From contig DASZXC010000008.1 in assembly GCA_035546035.1 (NCBI GenBank), positions 71,202 through 121,950 on the forward strand: DNA of 50,749 nt. Reading direction: 5' to 3'. The notes beneath the pieces are model-generated. The model did no database searches, was not told the DNA's origin, and saw only the letters and a list, made by a program, of their open reading frames with translations. Of the stretch, positions 26,921 through 35,909 are shown piece after piece. Source of the stretch: Minisyncoccota bacterium (GTDB lineage Bacteria > Patescibacteriota > Minisyncoccia > Phycocordibacterales > UBA6065). The position numbers were made by a program, and so were the translations under genes. Positions within the stretch are counted from its first letter, which is position 1; every line of letters begins with the position of its first letter.

Positions 26921-27889
26921 TTACTGCATAAGGATATATCCACTTTCCGATGAGGAAAACGATATGCTCTGCTTTTTGAAGTACGATTTGATGTATGCGA
27001 GCGGCAACGTGACCGATTCGATGCCGTCGTTGTAGCGGGAAATCATTTTCGTCGCTCCGACAGGGTCGGAGTCCATGTACGTCATTCCGCGGACGCCTTC
27101 GAGGATCGCTGAAATCGAATTAAGGAGGGCGATATGGGCCGCTTTCAGCGGATTCGGCACCGAAAGAGCCAGTATCTTATTTCGTAGAGACGTATAATGA
27201 GCTATATTTTGAGCCAATTTCGGCAATTCCGATACATCTTCAGTGTCGTTGTAACGGGCGATGATGTAAAGTTCCTGTTCATAGCCTTTAGGCAAAGGTT
27301 CTTCGAGGATAGCGCCTAATTTATTGCCGTATTGCTTCAAAGATTGGGAAGAAATGCTGCTCGATATCGCAATATCAGATTCTGTATAGGTTTTTTCCTC
27401 CGTCGGGGAGCCATAATCTCGTTCCAAGAGCCTATTCACGAGGTCTGTTCCCGTATTTTCATCTATTTGAGCCCCCGAATTCTTCAAATTCACGTATTCT
27501 TGGAAGAATGCGCGGGCGAATCTGTCCGTTGCCGTCAATTTTTCAGGGGTTTCGGTCGCCGCTCTTGTTTCAAGGACCGCGATCTTGTCTTCTATGGTCG
27601 AAGTGCCGAGGATTATATCCAGATTCGAAGGCTCGCCGTTGGCTATTCCTTGCTTTACGCTCGCATCGGCGATGAGGCCAACCTTTTCCTGGATCGTCGA
27701 GGCTTTCGCAGAGCTTTTTGTCTTTATAACTACAGCTCCGACGATCAAAAGCGCTGCGACGAGCGTCGCGACGCCTATTTTGGTCCTCAAAAATTTGAAA
27801 ATCACGACGTCAGTATACCATCGTGTGATATCATGAAGCCATGAAGTTGAAGATCGTTGTTTTTTTGCTTCTCCTGGCGTTCGCGGCAC
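26921..27889 (-). CDS. hypothetical N-terminally anchored membrane protein (first gene of the T4SS-like operon)
   Basis: TM GVATLVAALLIVGAVVI. The longest ORF starts at 27889 and overlaps the divergent ORF at 27841. An in-frame GTG at 27805, preceded by TATACT 6 nt upstream, is an alternative start. Confidence 0.55.
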   Translation of the reverse strand: MPRTPGEAKKQRSSTSWLHDITRWYTDVVIFKFLRTKIGVATLVAALLIVGAVVIKTKSSAKASTIQEKVGLIADASVKQGIANGEPSNLDIILGTSTIEDKIAVLETRAATETPEKLTATDRFARAFFQEYVNLKNSGAQIDENTGTDLVNRLLERDYGSPTEEKTYTESDIAISSSISSQSLKQYGNKLGAILEEPLPKGYEQELYIIARYNDTEDVSELPKLAQNIAHYTSLRNKILALSVPNPLKAAHIALLNSISAILEGVRGMTYMDSDPVGATKMISRYNDGIESVTLPLAYIKSYFKKQSISFSSSESGYILMQ

Positions 27890-28185
27890 CTTTTTCTTTC
27901 CCGGATGCGGCCTTTGCGGCTCCTGGGCTCTCTATCGGGGGCACGGTTCTCTTCCAATATGTCTGTAACACCGGGCTTCTGCTCTATATAAAATCGGCGA
28001 CGCCGCCGTACGCGGTGATGCCCCTTATGTGGCTTTGGGGGGAGCTTCCGTTTTCGAAATATATCCCGCCGCATCCGGGCCAGCAGATCCTCGGCGTCGC
28101 CGCTCCGACGGTAGTTCCGTGCGTTCTCGGCTATGTGCCGATCGGCGTTGGCTTTCCGATCTTGTTCCACGGATCGAGCATATAG
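27841..28185 (+). CDS. hypothetical small secreted protein
   Basis: Clean signal peptide MKLKIVVFLLLLAFAAPFSFPDAAFA|AP. 114 aa, Pro/Gly/aromatic-rich, 3 Cys. The overlapping minus ORF is Arg-rich junk. Confidence 0.45.
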   Translation: MKLKIVVFLLLLAFAAPFSFPDAAFAAPGLSIGGTVLFQYVCNTGLLLYIKSATPPYAVMPLMWLWGELPFSKYIPPHPGQQILGVAAPTVVPCVLGYVPIGVGFPILFHGSSI

Positions 28186-28206
28186 CTCTCATGTGTAGGC
28201 GCGGTT

Positions 28207-28980
28207 CTATCGCGCGAGCTCGATCCATGCGTCGAGGGGCACATCCTCCGCGCGTATATTTTCATCAAGTCTCAGCTCGGCGAATTTTCGAGCAACTTCT
28301 TCTTTCGATAGAACGGCATCGAGGTTCTTCGCGAGCCTCTTCCGTTTCTGCCCGAAGCCCGCTTTGACGACGTCGAAGAATCTTTCTTCCGCCGCACGAT
28401 CGCCGAAAGGATCTCGGATATCGGAAAGCTTTATCACTGCTGAATCCACGTTCGGTATCGGAAAGAAATTTCCCCGCGAGACGCTCATCGATATCTCCGG
28501 GCGCGCGTATGCCTTCACCGACAATGAAAGGACGCTCTCTTTCCCGTCTCGCGCGACGATCCTCGCTGCGACTTCTTTTTGCACCATGAGGACCATGAGC
28601 GACGGCTTGTTCTGCGCGGAAAGAAAATCCCTGATGATACCGCCGGTGACGTAGTAAGGAATGTTAGCGATCACTTTGTACGCGCTGTTCGTGACTTCGT
28701 TCAAATCCATTTCCATAATATCGTCATGAACGAGTTCGAGCGCACCCTTCGCGATGTCTTCCTTGAACGTTTCGGCGAGGACGGGAATGAGGCGGTCGTC
28801 TTTTTCGATCGCCTTCACGTGCGCGCCTGCTTCGAGGAGCGCCTTGGTAAGGACGCCCTTGCCCGGGCCGATCTCGATCACCCGCTCTCCGGGGACGACG
28901 TTGCCCGCATTGACGATAGCTCCGACGATGCGCGGCGATATGAGGAAATTCTGGCCGAGAGACTTTTTCGCAAAAAGCAT
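28207..28980 (-). CDS. rsmA: 16S rRNA (adenine1518/1519-N6)-dimethyltransferase
   Basis: KSLGQNFL, the SAM motif VIEIGPGKGVLT, and NIPYY. Confidence 0.92.
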   Translation of the reverse strand: MLFAKKSLGQNFLISPRIVGAIVNAGNVVPGERVIEIGPGKGVLTKALLEAGAHVKAIEKDDRLIPVLAETFKEDIAKGALELVHDDIMEMDLNEVTNSAYKVIANIPYYVTGGIIRDFLSAQNKPSLMVLMVQKEVAARIVARDGKESVLSLSVKAYARPEISMSVSRGNFFPIPNVDSAVIKLSDIRDPFGDRAAEERFFDVVKAGFGQKRKRLAKNLDAVLSKEEVARKFAELRLDENIRAEDVPLDAWIELAR

Positions 28981-29014
28981 GTGTAGCGAGCGATGGTTAC
29001 GTGGAGCCGGTTCT

Positions 29015-30952
29015 CTATATATCGAAATATATCACCTTTCCCCCCGACGTCGCCCGCTCCTCCTGTTCCAGATATTTTTCAGGGATGTCGAATATGAATT
29101 CCGACGGCACGGTGACCTGGCGCGACCCGTATATGGTACGCATGGACGCATGCGACATATAGAGCTTCTTCTTAGCCCTCGTTACGGCCACATAGAAGAG
29201 GCGGCGCTCTTCCTCGTCGTCGCGCTTGTCGCGCTTCGATTCCATGGCCCGGTGCGGGAAAAGATCCTGCTCGAGGCCGGTAATGAACACGTATTCGAAT
29301 TCGAGGCCCTTCGATGCGTGTATGGTCATGAGGCGCACCGCGGGCTTGTTCTCTTCCATCTCATCCTGGTCGGTCGCGAGCGACGCGTCTTCGAGGAGCT
29401 TGGCGATACCTTCGCCTGGGACCATGAAATCGTATTTGGTCGCGAGGGTCGCGAGCTCGCGCATGTTCTCGAGGCGCTCGAGGTCTTCGTCCGGGCCGTC
29501 CTTGAGCGAGTCTCCGAGCCCGCTCCTTCTTATGACGAATTTCACCAGTTCAGAGGCTTTCTCGCCCATGGATTTTTTTGCGATGTCGTCCAGTATCGAA
29601 TTAAAGCTTGCCCATTTCTCGGAATGCGATGCCGAAAGCCTATCGAGCATGCCCGAAAATATTTTAGCTATCGTCACTTTGCCTATGCCGCGCGCCGGGA
29701 CGTTGATGACCCGCTGAAGGTCCGAAAGCGAGTCGCGATTGAGAGCAGCGCGAATATATGACAGAACGTCTTTGACCTCTTTTCGTCCGAAGAATTTCAC
29801 GCCGAGCACCTGATAGTCCACGCCGCGATTAAGCATCGCCTCTTCGAGCGCGCGCGACTGGAAGTTGGCGCGGTAGAGGATTGCGATCTCGCTCGGGTCC
29901 GTTCCGCGCGAAATGAGGTCCGCGGCGCGCTCTGATATGAACCGGGCCTCGTCGTTCTCGTCGAATGCCTGGTAGAGCGTGATCGAGTCACCCGTTCCCT
30001 GCTTGGTGAAGAGATTCTTTTCGAAGCGGTTCTTGTTCTTCTTGATGATATGATTCGCGACTTCGAGGATCGTCTGGGTCGAACGGTAGTTCTCCTCGAG
30101 CGTCACCATTTGAGCGCCCGGATAGTCGCGCTCGAACGACAGGATGTTTTTGATGTCGGCGCCTCGCCATGAATATATGTTCTGATCCACGTCGCCCACG
30201 ACGCAAATATTCTTTTTCTCTCCTGCGAGGAGCTTGGCGATCTTATATTGGACTTTGTTGGTGTCTTGGTACTCGTCTATATGTATGTAATGCCAGACCT
30301 TCTCGTAATGAGCGCGGATCTCAGGATTTTTTTCGAGGAGCTCTGCGGTTTTGAGAAGAAGATCGTCGAAATCGAGGGCTTTTTCCTTGCGGAGCGCCGC
30401 ATCGTATTTCTGCCAGACGTTGTGGACGATCTCGCGCATGTAATCGTTGCCGACGGTTTCATAGAATTGCGAGCTGTTCACGGCATTGCCCTTCTCTTTC
30501 GATATTATCGACAGGATCACGTTCGGCTCGTATTGCTTTGGATCGAGACCGAGCTCGACGAGGGCGTCTTTGACCGCGCGGCGGGAATCGGATCGGTCGA
30601 ATATGCTGAAGTAGCGGGTCAGGCCGAGCCTCTGGGCGTTTTCCTTGATTATATGGACGCCAAGGGAGTGGAACGTCGAAACGAACGGCCGTTCGTCGAA
30701 TGAAACAGGCAGATTGAGGTCGCTTTCCTCGATCAGCTTGAAGACGCGCTCCCTCATTTCCTTGGCCGCCTTGTTGGTGAAGGTGATCGCCAGTACATTC
30801 GCCGGTTTCACTCCCGATTTTATGAGATGAAGGATACGATGAGTGATAGTCTTAGTCTTTCCCGCTCCCGCTCCAGCTAAAATAAGCACAGGACCCTCGG
30901 TTTTGAGCACGGCTTCCCTCTGCCTGTCGTTAAGACCCTGGAGATGATTCAC
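29015..30952 (-). CDS. pcrA: UvrD/PcrA-family ATP-dependent DNA helicase
   Basis: LNDRQREAV, AGAGAGKTKT, DEYQDTN, VGDVDQNIYSWRGA, and the C-terminal ..RRLFYVAVTRAKK. Confidence 0.93.
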   Translation of the reverse strand: MNHLQGLNDRQREAVLKTEGPVLILAGAGAGKTKTITHRILHLIKSGVKPANVLAITFTNKAAKEMRERVFKLIEESDLNLPVSFDERPFVSTFHSLGVHIIKENAQRLGLTRYFSIFDRSDSRRAVKDALVELGLDPKQYEPNVILSIISKEKGNAVNSSQFYETVGNDYMREIVHNVWQKYDAALRKEKALDFDDLLLKTAELLEKNPEIRAHYEKVWHYIHIDEYQDTNKVQYKIAKLLAGEKKNICVVGDVDQNIYSWRGADIKNILSFERDYPGAQMVTLEENYRSTQTILEVANHIIKKNKNRFEKNLFTKQGTGDSITLYQAFDENDEARFISERAADLISRGTDPSEIAILYRANFQSRALEEAMLNRGVDYQVLGVKFFGRKEVKDVLSYIRAALNRDSLSDLQRVINVPARGIGKVTIAKIFSGMLDRLSASHSEKWASFNSILDDIAKKSMGEKASELVKFVIRRSGLGDSLKDGPDEDLERLENMRELATLATKYDFMVPGEGIAKLLEDASLATDQDEMEENKPAVRLMTIHASKGLEFEYVFITGLEQDLFPHRAMESKRDKRDDEEERRLFYVAVTRAKKKLYMSHASMRTIYGSRQVTVPSEFIFDIPEKYLEQEERATSGGKVIYFDI

Positions 30953-31052
30953 AGATCAATTCTAGCATAGCGTAATAGGTACATTATACGGCTTTGTTAA
31001 GCCTTTTAGGTTCTATCGGGATAAAACGTGGATTTCCCGTGGACAACGTTCG

Positions 31053-31080
31053 TTGACTAAACCGGAGCGGCAGGTATAGT
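31053..31080 (+). promoter_or_regulatory. sigma70-like promoter TTGACT-16-TATAGT
   Basis: TTGACT at 31053-31058 and TATAGT at 31075-31080, upstream of the LysM-M23 peptidase gene. Confidence 0.4.
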
Positions 31081-31258
31081 TAGAGGGCACTGAGCATCAG
31101 ATTCCCTGAAATATGGCTTAATAGAGCCATAAATTACAGAAATGCTGTGGTTCCCGGATAAAGCAAGCACTATTTCTACGTCTCCTATAACGCCTTCGCC
31201 TCGTTTTGTCGGTTTTGGCGGTCAAAAAGGTAACATATGGCTTAAAATCGGGCTTTAC

Positions 31259-32263
31259 ATGGTAAAGTTCGCTTTCGTTTTTGGAGCTATCGTGACGCCG
31301 TTCACTACGTATGCCGGCGTTTTTTCAATGATCGCCGACCTTTTGGGCAATAAACAGGCCGATGCGGGGGTAACAGCGCGTTCGTCTGAAGTCTTTGGAG
31401 TTCTCCAAGCCAACGTGGGTCCGGCTGGCGTGTCGAATGCGGCGGCCGCCGAGATCGCCATGGTGGATGACAGCGCTTTGATCCAGGAGACGGGCATGTA
31501 CGGTACCCAGGCAGACATTCCGGAGCAGAAATCCACCCAGATCAGCCTCTATGTCGTCCGAGCCGGCGATTCCCTTTCCCAGATCGCCAAGATGTATGGC
31601 GTTTCGGTCAATACCATCGTATGGGCGAACAATATCAAAGGCTCTATCCACGAGGGCGACGAGTTCGTCATTCTCCCTATCAGCGGCATAAGCCACAAAG
31701 TGATCAAAGGCGACACGGTAAAGTCGATCGCGGCTAAATACCACGCTGATATCGACGATATCATGAGCTATAACGACCTTTCGGCCGGCTCGACGCTCGC
31801 TATCGGCTCGACGATCATCGTCCCTGACGGCGAAGCGGCTGTCACTGCGAGCGTGTCTATCTCGGGCGCCGCCGCTAACCCGACTGAAGCTCTCCGCGGC
31901 GTCGGCGGCCCGTACTATAAGGATTACTATAAGCGCCCGATCGACGGCGGCAGGAAGTCGCAGGGCCTTCACGGCTATAACGCCGTCGACCTCGCCGCGC
32001 CTCTCGGCACTCCTATCCATGCCGCGGCTGACGGCGTCGTCATCGTCGCCCGATCGGGCGGGTACAACGGCGGTTACGGGTCGTATGTCGTAATCTCGCA
32101 TCCGAACGGTACGCAGACTCTATATGGCCACATGAGCAAGGTCATCGCCGTGCAGGGTCAGACCGTAGAGCAGGGCGATACCATCGGCCTTATCGGATCG
32201 ACCGGCAAATCCACGGGCCCCCACGTTCACTTTGAAGTTCGCGGCGCCGTGAATCCTTTCTAG
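31259..32263 (+). CDS. secreted LysM-domain M23 family metallopeptidase
   Basis: Start trimmed to MVKFAFVFGAIVTPFTTYAG (signal-like). Two LysM repeats (YVVRAGDSLSQIAKMYGVS.., HKVIKGDTVKSIAAKYHAD..). M23 motifs HGYNAVD, HMSKV and GPHVHFEV. The track ORF starts at 31142. Confidence 0.85.
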   Translation: MVKFAFVFGAIVTPFTTYAGVFSMIADLLGNKQADAGVTARSSEVFGVLQANVGPAGVSNAAAAEIAMVDDSALIQETGMYGTQADIPEQKSTQISLYVVRAGDSLSQIAKMYGVSVNTIVWANNIKGSIHEGDEFVILPISGISHKVIKGDTVKSIAAKYHADIDDIMSYNDLSAGSTLAIGSTIIVPDGEAAVTASVSISGAAANPTEALRGVGGPYYKDYYKRPIDGGRKSQGLHGYNAVDLAAPLGTPIHAAADGVVIVARSGGYNGGYGSYVVISHPNGTQTLYGHMSKVIAVQGQTVEQGDTIGLIGSTGKSTGPHVHFEVRGAVNPF

Positions 32264-33798
32264 CCATCGGCCGTCTTTCTCTGCCGGTATTGAAGCGCTT
32301 CCAGGATATGGGGCGCTTCTATTTTTTCTGTACCGCTTATGTCAGCTATAGTCCGCGCCAGCCTCACCGTACGGTGGTATCCGCGGCCGGAGAGCCCGTA
32401 TGTTTGCGAGGCCTTCTCGATGATGCCCATCGCTTCTTTCGAAAGCGATGCGAACCGAGACAGGTCGCGCGCGGGGATGTTCGCATTCGCACGCGCGATG
32501 CCCCGATTTCCGAACCGTCTCGACTGCGCGGCTCGGGCGCGATCGACGAGTTCGCGGGCTTTTCTCGTCTCATTTGCGTCCGTTCGCGAGCGCATGAGAT
32601 TCCGATGCTCTGTTTTAGACACCTCGATCCACATATCTATCCTGTCTACGATCGGCCCTGATATCTTCTTCTCATAATTCCTGACGAGCGCGGGCGAACA
32701 GAGGCATTCCCTTCCCTGGATGCCTCTGTTCCCACAGGGGCAGGGATTCTGCGCGGCGACCAGGATAAAATCGGCAGGAAATCTGGCAGCCCCTCTCGTT
32801 CGCGATATCGATATCGTCTTATCTTCAAGAGGCTGGCGCAATGCTTCTATCGCTCTTTTGTCGAATTCAGGGAATTCGTCCAGAAAGAGGATGCCGCGGT
32901 GAGCCAGCGTCGCTTCTCCCGGCTTCGGCATCGGTCCTCCGCCGATGAGAGCGCTATAAGAGGCGGTATGGTGGGGCGCGCGGACGGGCGGATGAGCGAC
33001 GATCCCCGCGTCGAGGATGCCCGCTATCGAATGGATTTCGGTCGCTTCGAGCATCTCTTCGAATGAGAGCGCGGGCATGAGAGCCGAAAGAGCCCTTGCG
33101 AGCATGGTCTTTCCGGTTCCCGGCGGCCCAAAAAGGCCTATGTTGTGGCGCCCGGCGGCGGCTATGACAAGGCCGCGCTTCGCTATCGCATGCCCGGCGA
33201 TATCGTCGAGGTCGATCGAGGTGTCTCTCTTTTCTGCGAGCTTCTTGTAATCCACGGTCGGGCAGGGCTCGAGCTTCTTCTTTCCGGAGAGGTGATCCAC
33301 AAGCTCGGAAAGCATTTCGACCCCGAATACGTCTATGCCTTCGAGGAGGGCCGCTTCCTTTTCGTTTTCTTTTGGGACATATATCTCCTTGAAGCCTCTC
33401 TCTTTCGCCATACGAGCATACGAGAGCGTTCCTCCGACGGGCCTCGCAAAGCCGTCCAAAGAAAGCTCGCCGACGAACAATCTGTCGGCCGGGTCGAACT
33501 CCGCTTCCCCTGCGGCAAGGAGATATCCGAGCGCGATGGGCAGATCGAATGCCGAGCCTTCTTTTCTCAAGTCCGATGGCGCGAGCGATACGATGATTTT
33601 GGCATTCGTCTCTTTGGGCGACTTGAAACCGGAATTCTTTATGGCCGCGCCGACCCGGTCGCGGGCCTCTTCGACTGCTTTGGTCGGGAGCCCTACGATT
33701 GAAAACGAATGCAATCCGCGCGAGATGTCGGTCTCGATGGATATCACATGAGCGCGGAGGAGATGGTTCTGCGCAGAATATATCTTTGAAAATCTCAT
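32260..33798 (-). CDS. comM: YifB/ComM-family Mg-chelatase-like AAA ATPase
   Basis: N-terminal Lon-protease-like domain (..SIVGLPTKAVEEARDRV..), GPPGTGKTM, LFLDEFPEF, and a C-terminal Mg-chelatase subunit ChlI-like region. Confidence 0.9.
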   Translation of the reverse strand: MRFSKIYSAQNHLLRAHVISIETDISRGLHSFSIVGLPTKAVEEARDRVGAAIKNSGFKSPKETNAKIIVSLAPSDLRKEGSAFDLPIALGYLLAAGEAEFDPADRLFVGELSLDGFARPVGGTLSYARMAKERGFKEIYVPKENEKEAALLEGIDVFGVEMLSELVDHLSGKKKLEPCPTVDYKKLAEKRDTSIDLDDIAGHAIAKRGLVIAAAGRHNIGLFGPPGTGKTMLARALSALMPALSFEEMLEATEIHSIAGILDAGIVAHPPVRAPHHTASYSALIGGGPMPKPGEATLAHRGILFLDEFPEFDKRAIEALRQPLEDKTISISRTRGAARFPADFILVAAQNPCPCGNRGIQGRECLCSPALVRNYEKKISGPIVDRIDMWIEVSKTEHRNLMRSRTDANETRKARELVDRARAAQSRRFGNRGIARANANIPARDLSRFASLSKEAMGIIEKASQTYGLSGRGYHRTVRLARTIADISGTEKIEAPHILEALQYRQRKTADG

Positions 33799-33871
33799 GC
33801 CTCCACCCTATCGGTCCGACATGAAATAAACATGAAGAAAAAACCGCCCGATGACAGGCAGTTTTTCTCTT

Positions 33872-34249
33872 TTATTCAGCCTTATGATGTCTCAAGCATG
33901 TCCGCGACGAGGGATTCGCTTCGAGCCTCTCCCTTTCTATAGGCTTCCCGTCGGTCTCGCAGAGGCCGTACGTTCCTTTGCTTATCTTATCGAGAGCGAG
34001 CTTCACGTCGTTGTACTGGATCTCGAGGGGCTTCAGGATGGCGGTGTTGAGCTCGTAGTTCTCGATATTATCAGCGGTATCGGCGAGGTCCGATACCTCG
34101 ATATCGACGTCTTTCGCGCCGGGCTCCCAGTCCTTCGGATTGTCCGGATTCTTCCTGCCGACGCTCTTGAGCTCTGCTTCCAGGGTCGAGAGCTCTTTTT
34201 CCAGTTTCTTCTTGAAATGCGCCGTATCGGGCGAAGTTTGTTTGTTCAT
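33872..34249 (-). CDS. DksA/TraR-family protein with a degenerate zinc finger
   Basis: A coiled-coil N-terminus and a C-terminal ..GTYGLCETDGKPIERERLEANPSSRTCLRHH. The usual CxxC..CxxC is reduced to C..D / C..H. Confidence 0.6.
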   Translation of the reverse strand: MNKQTSPDTAHFKKKLEKELSTLEAELKSVGRKNPDNPKDWEPGAKDVDIEVSDLADTADNIENYELNTAILKPLEIQYNDVKLALDKISKGTYGLCETDGKPIERERLEANPSSRTCLRHHKAE

Positions 34250-34287
34250 ATCTATTATACGTTTTTCACATCATATACTATCCACTG

Positions 34288-35484
34288 CTACTGTATAGTG
34301 CGCACCTGGAGAATGCGGTCGAGCAAGAATTTAAGGCCGTTTTCAGAGGTCGTGACGATAATCGTGTCTTTGTCGGCGAATGCATATGCGAGCACGAGGC
34401 GTCCCGTCGTGTCTTTGAGCGTCCTCACGTCCGTATTCGATATGACGACGTCGTCGAAATTATCGGCGAGCGAATTCGAATTTATTTCCGGATACGTGAT
34501 TCGGATGAGAGGCATCATGTCCTGGCCGAGATCCCTTTCCCAGTCGAGCATGCCGGAAAAGGCGTTCTGGAAGAACGTGTTCTTAAGGATGATGAACGGC
34601 ACCTGCTTGTCGTATGAATAGAGGCCGACCATATACTGGTCTCCGAGCGATCGGAGGAGCCTGCTCGGTATATGCGTCGAATCGAATACGTCCGCGACCG
34701 GTTCCTGCGATGCCGCCGTGGCTGACGTGACCGGGATGAGAGCGAACACGTTCCCGACGCCGGGATTTGCCGCGTTCAGCCTTGCTCCCATAAGCTCGAG
34801 CGGATCATTGTCGCGATCGTTAGGGTCGAGGACAATGATCGAAGCCTGTGAATACGGGACGATCGGGGCATATGAGACGGTCGGTGCGGGTGCGGCAGAT
34901 TTAGCCTTTCCTCCTGTCGAAGAGAACCAGATATACCAGCCGCCCGCTATGAACAATATGAGTATGATGACGATGCCGATGAAGAGCCCTGTCTTCGGGC
35001 GCTTCTCCTGTTCGTATCGTATGGGCTGCGCATCGCGCTTGTTCTGTTCGGCAACGGCTATGCCTATTTTCGACATGCCGCCGTATTTTACCGCCTCTTC
35101 GGCATCGGTCCGGTATGTCCGGATCGGCTTTATAGAAGGATCATTCTGGCCCGGTGCTATCGGCGCGGGGCCTGTGGGCGCGAAAGGGTTTTTTTGAGGA
35201 GCGGTCTCGAAAGAGGATCGATATGCTTCTGCCTTCGGAATCGAAGGCGCCGGAGCGACGGGTGCCTGTGCCGGTTTCGGAGGTTCCTCGTCGATTTGTA
35301 CCGTTCGGCTGACGGGAGCCGGTTCTGTTTCCTCGTCGAGAGCCGGTTCGGCTACAGGGATCTCTTTCGGTATCTCGGGCTTGTCGAATTCGTTGTCGAG
35401 GGCGCGGCTCGTGCCCACGATGTCTATCCCTTCCGCCTGGAGGTCTTCGTTCTTTGATGGGGTATTCGTGTTTTCTGGGTCCAT
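34288..35484 (-). CDS. hypothetical single-pass membrane protein
   Basis: The start MDPENTNTPSK at 35484 has TATAAT 6 nt upstream. Pro-rich cytoplasmic region, TM GLFIGIVIILILFIAGGWYIWF, and a ~190 aa outside domain. The frame stays open upstream to 35853 (see findings). Confidence 0.6.
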   Translation of the reverse strand: MDPENTNTPSKNEDLQAEGIDIVGTSRALDNEFDKPEIPKEIPVAEPALDEETEPAPVSRTVQIDEEPPKPAQAPVAPAPSIPKAEAYRSSFETAPQKNPFAPTGPAPIAPGQNDPSIKPIRTYRTDAEEAVKYGGMSKIGIAVAEQNKRDAQPIRYEQEKRPKTGLFIGIVIILILFIAGGWYIWFSSTGGKAKSAAPAPTVSYAPIVPYSQASIIVLDPNDRDNDPLELMGARLNAANPGVGNVFALIPVTSATAASQEPVADVFDSTHIPSRLLRSLGDQYMVGLYSYDKQVPFIILKNTFFQNAFSGMLDWERDLGQDMMPLIRITYPEINSNSLADNFDDVVISNTDVRTLKDTTGRLVLAYAFADKDTIIVTTSENGLKFLLDRILQVRTIQ

Positions 35485-35867
35485 ATAGATATTATACGTC
35501 AGAAAGGTGTTACCATTATAGGGAATCCGCACTTCAACTCCCAAATTCTCGTTGCCGTGAAATCGTTGAAACCTTCTCCTGTTCTTTCGAACATATCGCT
35601 CGGTCTCTTCGAAGGGGTCCTCGTCGCAGTGCTCCTCTTCTTTGCCAAGACGTCCGTGACGGGTCTCCATGACTGGTTTATTGCCGTCGACGCGGCAGTC
35701 ATCTTTCTTATCGTGGTCATATCTAATAACGTCCACAAGCTCGTCATCTGCGATAGCCCCGTTCCCTCGCGGAACCGCTTCCTCGAGTCGCTCTTCGGGA
35801 TCGCCGCATGCATGGGCTCGACGATCGTCATCCTCACGTTCTTCGATCGCCATATCTGACCATATGC

Positions 35868-35896
35868 AAAACAGCCTGGAATTCCCAGGCTGTTTT
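35868..35896 (-). terminator. intrinsic terminator after the NYN-domain gene
   Basis: AAAACAGCCTGG-AATTC-CCAGGCTGTTTT. The hairpin has A/T runs on both sides. Confidence 0.6.
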
Positions 35897-35909
35897 TCTT
35901 CTACCTCCC

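Noticed and set aside
31081-31258. Riboswitch (for example a cyclic-di-AMP ydaO-type leader) in the ~180 nt leader of the LysM-M23 peptidase gene.
   Set aside because: Only two generic hairpins are visible. I could not find the conserved ydaO motifs or the pseudo-two-fold architecture.
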